NCBI GenBank assembly: GCA_043228905.1
Contig: JBHGNT010000012.1
Coordinates: 14,508,001-14,572,000 of the forward strand
Source: Azolla caroliniana
Taxonomy: Eukaryota > Plantae > Polypodiophyta
Direction of reading: 5' to 3'
Length of the DNA stretch: 64,000 nt
The position numbers and the translations under genes were made by a program. This document shows, piece by piece, positions 51,590 through 61,850 of the stretch (within the stretch, counting starts at the first letter, position 1; each line of letters begins with the position of its first letter). Below the pieces are notes generated by a model, which was not told where the DNA came from, searched no databases, and saw only the letters and a program-made list of their open reading frames with translations.

Positions 51590-51628
51590 TGGGTTCGACG
51601 TACAAGGTACTGTCCCACGGGCGTGCCA
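51590..51628 (+). other. tRNA-like 3' end at the PPT position of element B
   Basis: TGGGTTCGAC-GTACAAGGTAC-TGTCCCACGGGCGTGCCA ends 2 nt before the LTR TG at 51631. Confidence 0.8.
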
Positions 51629-52587
51629 TGTGTTACCCGGCTGGCAAGAAGGCTTAAGGAGGTCCAAACCAGAGTGTGAAAGGAATAGTTTATTCCGGAA
51701 CTGTTGTAATTAGTAGTCTTAATATATATTAATATATGAGAAGATGTGGACGGACGGACCGGAATCGTTATGCCGATCCGGATCCGGACCGATCCCGAAA
51801 AGGTGCCGGTTGGCACCGTTTTGTATTTCGCACCGAAGACCTATATAAAGGCCCGGTTACAGTGTAATCGACATTGGATAATTAATAGAACTTATTGCCT
51901 TAATCTTTATTGATTACCGTTTTGTACTCATTGTTATACCTTACACGTGTTAATGATGTGTTGCTAAGTAACCGATTAAGGTCTAATTAAGCGTTGTGTC
52001 GCAAGTCATTCTGCCGTAACACCCTTTGGTGAAGTGTCTTAAGTGGACACCCTGTGTTAGGTTGTTGTTCGTTGCTCTTCCCCGCTTCTTGGTCTGGACG
52101 GGCTCGACCGGTGGCGCCAATAGGGTGAGCCATTGCATCACCGCATGCCATATTTTCCGGCCTTCCTTGCCGTCTTTTCCTCTTACGATATCAATAGCTG
52201 TACACAACCCATCGGCGATCAACACCGGCCAATCCACCTTGACTCCTTCGTACGTCGCGATAATCAAGCCTGCTCGGTTCTGAGGCATAACGGGGGGTCG
52301 AGGGTATACGTGGTCGAACTCATGGAGTACACGGCCAATTTCGCGGAATAACATGTCTTCGCCGCCCTATGTCTTGTAGCCTTTGTTGGCGAGAGAATAC
52401 TCACCGAAATATTTGATGAGCTGCTCGGAGCTAGGATTGTCGATCGTGTAGATGCCCCCCTCCGGAAGGCCTGTTAACGCACGGATCGCCTCCTCCGCGA
52501 TCACCTTTGTGTCGATTTCTTTGATAATCTTTTCGGCCTCCTTGTGTGGCGCCGCCTCCATGATCGTCAAGAAACCCTCCAGCCCGT

Positions 52588-53221
52588 TGTCGTGAAGATT
52601 ATCGTCCACAAGCGGAAACCCGAGCAATGAGGGCCAAAGAGCGATGTGCAACGTTGCACACGTACATAATGTATTTGTAATAGTAATAAAGGTATAAAGG
52701 TGATGTGGTTGAACGCACATCCATGCGAGAGAGAGAGAGAGGTACTATGCGGTACATAGGCACCAAGTTGTTTGTGAGGAGGTGGGAGTTAAGGGGCCAT
52801 CAATCTCACCCTCCCCCAAATCAAGGCAAATATCCCCTTTGAATGAAAGGGGATATTTTAGTCTCACTTTTGTAAGCGGTCTTCCTCCTTGTGCTATAAA
52901 AGGAGAGAGAAGGCACCATTGTGGGGGTTGCCTATTTTGAGTGTGCGAGGTATACCACGTAGGTCGAGCGTTGGGGTTAGGGTTTCGAGTAGTCATTTGG
53001 TGCGGCCTACGCGGCCACCATTTTGTAATCGTTCATTTCATTTTAATATATCTTGTTGATCTTCTTGTCTCCATCTTCCTCTTGTTCGAGTTAATCTCTT
53101 GTTCATTCTTCTCCTTCTTGAGCAAAGCTTCCATTCCATGTCTGATTCCTTCTCCTCTACTCCCTAGTCCAAGACCCCCGTGGTCCCGCCTTTCTCCACG
53201 CACACGCGTAACAATGCGACA
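52588..53221 (+). mobile_element. Solo LTR (TGTCG...CGACA) inside the inverted ORF3 segment
   Basis: Interrupts ORF3 homology exactly. Probable 4-bp TSD CCGT/CGGT. TATA at about 52895. Its 3' end matches 61851-61891 in reverse. Confidence 0.85.
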
Positions 53222-53764
53222 CGGTGTTGCCGTAGCCATTTCTTAGCGGCTTCAGATAGTGTTTGGCAGTCCATCTCTGCATCGAGGTCGGAGAGCGTTG
53301 GCGAGGTTTGATGGTGGGGAGAGTGTGAGAGAGAAAGTTCTGAGTGAGGGGGTTCTCTATGCGCGAGCTCTCTTCGATTGATCTTCAGGCGTCTGTTTGT
53401 GTTTGTTCTCCTTGGTTCGCGAAAGGAGAAGGTCTCGATGCGTGGGGGTTTTTCTCTCTACATCTTAGCGCCTTTTTCGAGCCTCCGCATGTGCAAGTCG
53501 TGTACTATAATAGCATTGCGTACCATGTGGTGGTGGTTTAATGTCTTATTCATAGCCTCCTCGTACCTTTTCGACGTGCCTCTTTACTCCTCGTTTGCAT
53601 GGCCGTTTCCACCACTCCTTTCCATGATTTCTTTGATTTGCTGTTTTTTTTAAAAAAAATTTTTTATCTATTATAAAATTAATTGTGTGGTAAATTTTTT
53701 CCGGTCCTATCAGACCCTTACCCGAAACGCGCACCTTGCCGGCCTCTTGACCCTAGGATTAACA

Positions 53765-54870
53765 AAGTGCGCGCATGGTTAGCCATGAACTCGAGTTTTC
53801 CATTTCTCGAACTCGGTCAATCACTTGATTTATGCTGTTGGTGCGGAAATCGATGACGGTGCACACCGTCCTTAAGGGTTCCCGGAGTGCTGCTAAGAAT
53901 ATGGCCTTTATTTCTTCCTCTGGTGGTGTTCGGCTGAGCTGACTATGGATCCGTTGGAATCGGATGACAAACTGTTGGATGTTCTCCGTTGGTTCCTGCC
54001 GGATACTGTAAAATAAGCCGACCATTTCCCGCTGGTCCATCTCCTTGTGGAAGAAATGCAAGAACTTTGTCTTTAATGTTTCAAACGTGGGGATGGTGTT
54101 GGGATCCTGTGTTCGGTGCCATTTGGTGGCCGGTCCCTCCAAGGTCATGTTGAACTCTGCCCATTTTGAGTGTTCCTCTTCAGCTGCATTTAAGCGTTGG
54201 GACACATGGTTCGCCTCCCAGGTCTGCTAAAACGCATGGATCATCCCGATATTTGGGGTATTGGAACGACATATCGTCATCTGGTGTCGGTACACGGGCT
54301 GGTGGTGTCAGTGGGTTTTCCTGGTCTTCTGTCGCCGTCAGAGGTCTTTCCTGCTCCTCTTGCGGTGTCAGAGGCTTCTCCTCCTCGACTTTCGGTGTCG
54401 GAGGTCTCTCGTCCTTGACTTCTGGTTCCGGAGTGTGGTCGACTTCCGGTATCAGATGTTCCAGCCTTGTCGATTCTGGTTCTGGTGTCGGCAAAGTATC
54501 CGACTCCTCGTCCTCTAGTCCGCCTGGGGTGTTGTTACTGCGGCGGTAGTTCGTTTGCACGCTGTATTCCCCATCCGAACCCGATTCAAATGCCAAAAAT
54601 GCTTCGGATTCGCCTGCCCCCGCTGCCAATGCTTGGAGAAGGGATTTCGTTTCCCGGAGGCTGCTTAGGCTGCTTCCTTCGTCCGGGTAGGCGTTTTGTG
54701 GTAGTTGAAGTGATTCCTTGGCCACTCTCAGGATCACTTTCGAAAATGAGCGATACGCTCTAATTTCTTCAACCGCTTGCTAGAAAGCCTCTCGCTTCCT
54801 CAGCTGTTCAGCAAGTCACCTTGCTCGCTTCGTAACTGGGTCGTTCGTTGGTCGCGTCATCCATTCCCGC
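53765..54870 (-). pseudogene. gag of element A, N-terminal part
   Basis: ORFs 54180-54737 and 53759-54205 (LEGPATKWH...TFETLKTKFL...IRQEPTENIQQF), homologous to 48750-49800. Confidence 0.85.
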
Positions 54871-54915
54871 CGATGTTTGCTGTGATTGTGCAGGAATCGT
54901 GGTCGCCAAAAACTG

Positions 54916-55363
54916 TGTTAATCCTTAGGGCCGGACAATGGCCTAACATAGGGTGACTTCGGAAGACAGTTCACCAAAGGGGTGTTATGGCGAGATAACT
55001 TAAGACACAACGATTAATCCGATTTAATTGGCTACTTAGCAATAAGGCATTCACTTAATACACGCGTAAGATATAACAAGTAAGACAAAACGGTAATCAA
55101 TACATGAAGATAAAACAAGAAGCTTATATTAATTCTCCGTTAAAGTTTTACATTGTAACCGGGCCTTTATATAGGTCACCAGTGTTGTGTACAAAACGGT
55201 GCCAACCGGCACCTATTCGGAATCGGTCCGGATCCGAATCGGCATACCGATTCCGGTCCGTCCGTTCACTACATAATTATAATCTACTTTACTTAATTAA
55301 ATATATTCCGAATAACCATCCCTTTCACATTCTGGTCTCTGCTCCTTTGCTGGCCGGGTAACA
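54916..55363 (-). repeat. 5' LTR of element A
   Basis: Followed on the minus strand by CAGTTTT-TGGCGACCAC. Confidence 0.95.
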
Positions 55364-55368
55364 GCAAG

Positions 55369-57902
55369 GAGCAAGTCGGGTATTGTATTGTCTCGTGTCC
55401 GGTGTGCATGATCAAATGCTCAGCTACATCAAGGATGCAAATACGCCCAAGGAGGCCTGGGAAAATCTACGAAAGATTTTCGCCAGAAGTACCACAGCTT
55501 GTAAGTTGCAGCTCCGGCAAGAGTTGAACAACATTCGACAAAGAGACATGTCGGTTATGGACTACACCATCAAGATAAAGGAGATTTGCGATGCACTCGG
55601 GTCCATTAACGTGATGGTGGATGAAGATGAGATGGTACAAATCTGCCTTGGTGGTCTAGCGCAAAGGTACGGGCCAATCCGGACAACGATCTGCACCTGG
55701 GAGAAACCATCGACCTTCTTTGACTTGCAATCGATGCTGATGGTCGAAGAAAACCACGTGAGTGGGTCAAGGACAACTCAATCAGATGGCCGGATGCTAT
55801 ACACAGAGAAGAATTAGCCCCATGGACGTGGTGGACGAGGTGGGTCAGCACGCAATGGAGGCGGCTGACATGAGCAGGACCGGAGGCATTGAGGTTGTGC
55901 CGAAAGCAGTTCCGAACCCTCCACAAGCAGGGGGAGTCAAAGCGGCGCCAGGAACCGGCAAGGAAAGGCCAACATGGAATGCTGGTACTGTGGCAAAAAG
56001 GGCCACAGGCAAAGCGAGTGCTGGAAGAAGCGTGCCGATTTGGACAAATCCAAATCTGACAAAACCGGCCGGGAGAACCGGCAAAGCTCGCACTATGCGG
56101 AAGGATCCAGAACTGGGAAAAACAGTAAAGGGTCAGCCTTCGTGATGAAGCACAAGGCTAACTCGATGAAGAAGACTACTTCTGGATCAGAGGAAGTATG
56201 GTGCATTGATTCTAGAGCGTCCAACCACGTGACGAGCCACGAAGAGTGGTTCTCTTTTTTGGAGAAACTGGAAGAACTGGGGATTGTTGAAACCGGAGAC
56301 GACACCCCTCACCTGATTGTGCATGTCGGAGAAGTCCCTTTAAGCGATGTCAGACAAAAGGGGAAGCTGATGAACGTACTACACGTTCCTACTATCACAA
56401 AGAACTTGGTGTCAGTTGGACAAATCGTCGACCAGGGGATGCAGGTGCGGTTTATGCACCTAGGGTGCTTCATCAACAAAGAGGGCCGGATAATTGCGCA
56501 AGGGCGCAGAGACGGGAGGATGTTCATCCTCAACACTAATGATGTCGGCACCGCTATGTTTGCAAAAGGGTAGAAGGTCGAATCAGACATCGACTTGTGG
56601 CACAAGTGGATCGGCCATGTCAATTATCGGAGGCTTCAAGACCTGCAATCGAAACAAGTCGTTTTCAGTTTGCCGAAATTTAGCGGCCGGAAGGCCAAAA
56701 TTTGTGAAGCCTGCCAACTTAGGAAGCAACACTGGCTTCCATTCCCCACCGATCGAAACCGGAGCCATAATAAGCTCGATTTAGTCCATTCGGATGTATG
56801 GGGACCGACACAAAACATTAGTCTTGGCGGGAGTCGATATTTCGTCTCCTTCATTGAGGACTACAACTGGCACATGTGGATCTACCTCATTGAGAGGAAG
56901 AGCGAAGTCTTTGAGTGTTTCCGAAACCTTCAAAGCTTGGTTGAACGGGAAACAGAGAGGAAGATCAAGTGCCTACGGTCGGATGGCGAGAGAGAATACT
57001 TTTCCGGCCAATTCAACAATTATCTGCAGTAGAACAGAATTCAGAGAGAATTCAGCTGTAGGTACACACTGGAGCAAAACGGTGTGGCCGAAAGGAAGAA
57101 CCGGTCGATTGTCGATGCGGCAAGGGCAATGCTGGAGGAGAAGAGCATGCCCCATTTCTACTGGGCCGGGGCGGTCCGGATGGCTACATCCAAAACCGGA
57201 TCGGTGACAAGGTGTCAGCACATGAGTTGTATTTCGGGGGAAAGCCGAATTTGAGACACCTTTGGATATTCAGTAGCATAGCATATGTGCATGTATCGGA
57301 TGAGAAGCGGAGGAAGCTGGATCCGAAGTCGGAGAAGTGCATTCTAGTCGGTTACTCGTATGAGCAAAACGGGTATAAGTGTTATATCCCCCAGAATAAG
57401 CAGGTTCGATTAAGCCGAGATGTCGAGTTTGATGAGACAACATCATGGTACTCCTTACCGACTCCAACTCCCGATGAAGACCCGATTCTGGAAGATGAGG
57501 CTAGTGAGCCCGAGGAGGTCCAGGTAGAAGATGAAGACTTCAACACTCTCGAAGAGAGTCCGATATTATTCCGGTTAAGTGAATTGAATGAGCGGCAGGT
57601 CGGGATGACCAGTCGAATGAGGAACCGGCGAGTAGTGGAGACTCTGCCGTGCTCTCCCCGCGCAAGGAACTGAGGAGCTGGTTCACGCGCAAAGAGAAAG
57701 GCAAGAAGAAGATGCCGGAATACGAAACCGGCAACGTTGAGTCGGATCGGAGCGAATCCGACTCCGGAAAGGATGAAAGCAGATCTTCGGGAACGAAGTC
57801 CGACCTGGCCAAGAAGGGCCCCAAACCGGGTAACACCAAGTTACGCCGGTCTTCCTGCCTGAAGAACCCCCGTTACGCGGTACAGGTACAATGAGTACAT
57901 GG
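55369..57902 (+). pseudogene. Copia-2 gag, protease and integrase (stops and frameshifts)
   Basis: CWYCGKKGHRQSEC, WCIDSRASNH, WHKWIGH, LVHSDVWGP, LRSDGEREY and KLDPKSEKCILVGY. Confidence 0.9.
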
Positions 57903-57974
57903 TGTTAGGAAACAGGTCCCTCCGGATGGGAAGTGAGAAGAACAGTATTGATGAGCAAACTCAGCCGAGGCCGA

Positions 57975-58115
57975 AACCGGATGTCGAGTACCCGGCTACG
58001 GAAGACCCAGTGAGAACCGGATGACGAGTACCCGACTACGGAAGACCCGGTGAGAACCGGATGACGAGTACCCGACTACGGAAGACCCGGTGAGAACCGG
58101 ATGACGAGTACCCGG
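57975..58115 (+). repeat. 40-bp tandem repeat (about 3.5 copies) in Copia-3 U3
   Basis: TGAGAACCGGATGACGAGTACCCGACTACGGAAGACCCGG with a 40-bp period (58011, 58051, 58091). A similar array lies at 46467-46585. Confidence 0.9.
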
Positions 58116-58315
58116 CAAGAGCCGGATGGTGAAGGCCCAGTGAAAAGTGCTCACCGGATGAAGGGACATATTCATAAATATGTTTTCTGAGAGTCCATCG
58201 GGGCCATATTTGTAAATAGCCGAAAAGTCATATTAGTATAAATATGACTTAGGGCAAACTTAGTTGTTGTTTGTTGTCATTCTTGTTGGCGCAATATTAG
58301 AATGTAACAGTGTAC

Positions 58316-58348
<33 letters not shown>

Positions 58349-58652
58349 CGAAGAGTTCGTATCTCTGTTGTAACCGCCGCCTGTGGTGAAGACAGTGAAG
58401 AAGAGGTCGTTGCCTCTGTGTACATCTATTGTACATCGTTACATAGTGATAGTTAGTAGTCAATGGACTGCCGTGGTTTTTCCCGTATTTGGGTTTTCCA
58501 CGTAAACATCTTGTGTACTCTTCTCTCTATTGTGTTGTGCATTCATTCCCGTTTTCTACGTTTTTTATTCTAAGCTCGGTTGTGGCCGAGCGTTGTTCAT
58601 CGGGAGCGTGTAGTTCCTGTCAAAGTGGTATCAGAGCGAAACGACACAGAAA

Positions 58653-61600
58653 ATGGACGAATCGTTGGGCTGCATTTTCAAGCTCACCAGCTCCAACTAT
58701 TCAGTGTGGAAGTCGAAGATGAGGGACATGCTCGTGGTTAAAGATCTTTGGTTGCCGGTTCAGTTCGGGGACAAGAGACCGAACAAAATCGACGCCACGA
58801 TATGGGAGGTGATGCACATGAAGACAACGACGTACATACGGTGCTTCATCGACATGAGTCTATACAACAACTTCAATGAAGAGAGCAAGGCTCATGAGCT
58901 CTGGGAGAAGATTGGCATTATGTTTCAGAACAAAAATGTTGTTAATCAGGTTTCGGTATTTCGGAAGCTAGTAAGACTCTGGTACCAAGATGGCTCCAGC
59001 ATGGCGGAGCACATGAATGCCTTCCAGGGGCTGATCCACCACGCAACATCATTGGAAGTGCCTCTCGTTGATGAGGTACTAGCACTACTCCTGCTTGGCT
59101 CCCTCCTAGGTAGCTGGGAGACGTTGGTTGTCACTTTGGGCAACACCGGGCCGGAAGGGAAATGGTTATCCCTAGCAAGAGTGAAGTCGAGCTTGCTAGA
59201 TGAGGAGGCGTGTCGGAAAGATAAGGATACGAGCTCCGACTCCAAAGCGCTCCTTACCGAATCGGAACGCGGAAGACAAAGGAACCGTAGTCCCCAGAAC
59301 CAAGAGAAGTCGGGGACACAGTCAAAGTCAAGGGGGAGCCCTACCTGCTTCTATTGCAGCAAGCCGGGACACTTCCAAAAAAACTGTCGGCACTTCCGAA
59401 AGGACAAGGAAACCGACAACACCGATTCGAAGCGGACACCGGACCGAAAGAATAAAGACCGGAGGGGGCCGGACCGAAAGGGAGCGATGGCAATCGCGGC
59501 AAGTGAAGAAGAGTTGATGCTCATCACCGAGGAGAGTGAGCTAAACCTTGTCGGCAACGAGATGACCTGGGTGGTCGACTCCGGAGCATCATTCCACCTT
59601 ACCCCGGACCGGAAATACTTCTCATCCTACTCAACTGGTGATCACGGCTGTGTCCGGATGGGGAATGAAGGTACATGCCGAATTGTCCGCATAGGAGATG
59701 TGTGGTTGACAACACCAACCGGATGCAAGCTGCTGTTGAAGGATATTCGACACGTTCCGGAGGTTCGTCTGAACCTGATATCAGTCGGTCAGCTAGATGA
59801 TGAAGGCTACACGGGTAGCATCCAGAACGGTGGTATGAAGTTCAGCAAAGGGAGCCTGATTGTGGCTCGGGCCCGGAAGGTAAACACGTTGTACTTGATA
59901 AATGCCCAGTTATGCCCAGAAGAAGTGAACGTGGCATCCGACACTACCGGTGAGCTGTGGCACAAGAGGCATGCCACATGAGCGAGAAGGGGATGAAGAA
60001 GCTTGCAGACGACAACCTCATTCCAGTGAAGAACGTGCACTTGGAGAAGTGCATTGATTGTCTGGCTGGTAAACAAAACCGGACCTCCTTCCGATCGAGG
60101 CCACCGATGAGACGTAATGCACCACTGGAGTTGGTGCATACTGATGTATATCAAATGGACACGAAGTCACATGTCGGATCGCAGTACTTCGTGACGTTCA
60201 TTGATGACCACAGCCGGAAGCTGTGGGCCACACCGTTGAAGACGAAGGATCAGGTGTTATCCGTCTTCAAAGACCTCCACGCGAGAGTGGAAAGAGAAAC
60301 CGGCCGGAAGCTGAAGGCGGTTCAAGCAGATAACGGAGGTGAATACCGGGGGCAGTTCGAGGAGTATTGTCGCTCGAAGGGAATCCGGCTCGAATTTACC
60401 GTGCTGAAGACGCCGGAACGAAACAGGCTGGCCGAGAGGATGAACCGGACCATAATGGAGAGGGTCCGGAGTATGCTGGCACATGCAAAACTACCCAAGA
60501 AGTTTTGGGCTGAGGCACTATCGACGACGACATATGTGATAAATAGATCACCCTCAGTACCTTTGGACGGAGACACGCCACAGAGAGTCTGGACCGGTAA
60601 GTGTCCTACCGGCATCTGAAGGTATTTGGGTGTCTTGCGTATGTGCATATAGCTAAGGACCGGAGAGGAAAACTAGATCCGAAGACCCGGCCATGCATAT
60701 TCCTCGGTTACGGCGACGATGAGTTCGGCTACCGAGTGTGGGACCTGGTCGACAAGAAGGTATTCCGGAGTCGAGATATTATCTTCATGGAGGACAAGAC
60801 GCTCGCCGACTGGGAGTCGGAGAAGAAGATAATGAACTCTAAGTCGACCGGTAAGGATCGATTCTATGATGACCAGACCCAACCGGCAAGAGACCGGTTA
60901 GCACTTGAGGAACCAACCGGTTACGGTGAGGATACCGAACTGGCAGAAGAAGAAGTATGGGAAGCTGAAACCGGAACCGGACAAGACCCCGAATCGGATT
61001 TAGATGAAGAGCAAATGGAGGGGCCGGTTACCGAAGCCCAAAGACAGAGATATCCTCTTAGAGAGAGAAGGGCCCCCCGGAGATTTCCGGATGCAGAGCA
61101 TGTGCTGCTAACCGATGAGGGGGAGCCAGAAAGCTTCGAAGAAGCAAAGGATGACACCCACAACCGCTAATGGTTAAGTGCCATGCAGGATGAGATGGAT
61201 TCCTTGCATGAGAACCATACGTACGAATTGGTGGAGTTGCCGAAAGGAAAGCGGGCACTCCGAAATAAGTGGGTGTACAAATTGAAACCGGGAGATGCCG
61301 GCAACCCCCCGAGATACAAAGCCAGGATCGTGGTGAAGGGGTTCCAGCAAAAGAATGGCGTGGCCTTCGACGAGATATTTGCCCCGGTAGTAAAGATGAC
61401 CTCTATCCAGACGGCGCTGCGTATAGTGGCAAGCAAGGATCTTGAGGTGGAGCAGCTGGACGTGAAGATGGCATTCCTTCACGGTGACCTCGAAGAGGAG
61501 ATCTACATGCAACAACCGGAAGGATTCGTGGAGAAAGGGAAGGAGCGCCTGGTTTGCCGGTTAAAGAAGAGCCTGTACGGACCGAAGCAGGCTCCCCGAC

Positions 61601-61850
61601 AATGGTATCGGAAGTTCGACTCCTTCATGACCGATCAAGGGTACCACAAGACGCATGCCGATCACTGCGTGTTTGTGAAGAAGTTCGAAGGAGGCGACTT
61701 CTTGATACTCCTTCTGTTCGTGGACGACATGTTGATCGTCGGAAGGAACCAAGCCAGAATACGGATGCTGAAGAAGGCTCTCAACCGAACTTTCGCGATG
61801 AAAGACTTGGGTCCGGCAAGACAGATGTTGGGGATGCATATCATCCGATA
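58653..61850 (+). pseudogene. Copia-3 Gag-Pol, disrupted
   Basis: Frameshifts near 59970 and 60601, stop at 61168-61170. All copia domains are present up to LLFVDDML. Confidence 0.9.

Larger units (their letters stand above)
48248..53764 (+). mobile_element. Element B: non-autonomous, rearranged relative of element A inserted in its gag
   Basis: 5' LTR 48248-48703, PBS TGGCGACCAC 48711-48720, gag, pol deleted at about 50490, ORF3 3' part, and 3' LTR 51631-52068 plus 53751-53764. TSD AAGTG at 48243-48247 and 53765-53769. Confidence 0.9.
39075..55363 (-). mobile_element. Non-chromovirus (Athila/Tat-like) Ty3/gypsy element A with extra ORF3 and a tRNA-like end in place of the PPT
   Basis: 448-bp LTRs at 39075-39522 and 54916-55363. 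TSD GCAAG at 39070-39074 and 55364-55368. PBS TGGCGACCAC at 54908-54899 (-). gag, pol and ORF3 all on the minus strand. Confidence 0.95.
38465..57902 (+). mobile_element. Copia-2, decayed, split by a 16.3-kb insertion and cut at 57903
   Basis: LTR from 38465 (TGTTGAG) to about 38874. Met PBS at 38875-38886. gag starts at about 38968 and resumes at 55369. Confidence 0.88.
57903..61850 (+). mobile_element. Copia-3 (5' LTR plus frameshifted gag-pol), interrupted in RT
   Basis: LTR 57903-58622 and Met PBS 58626-58637. ORFs 58653-59981, 59957-60619, 60601-61170 and 61183-61850 are closely similar to the Copia-1 pol. Confidence 0.93.

Noticed and set aside
51590-51628. A genuine tRNA gene
   Set aside because: There is no D-arm, anticodon arm or 5' acceptor strand; only the T-arm and 3' end are present.
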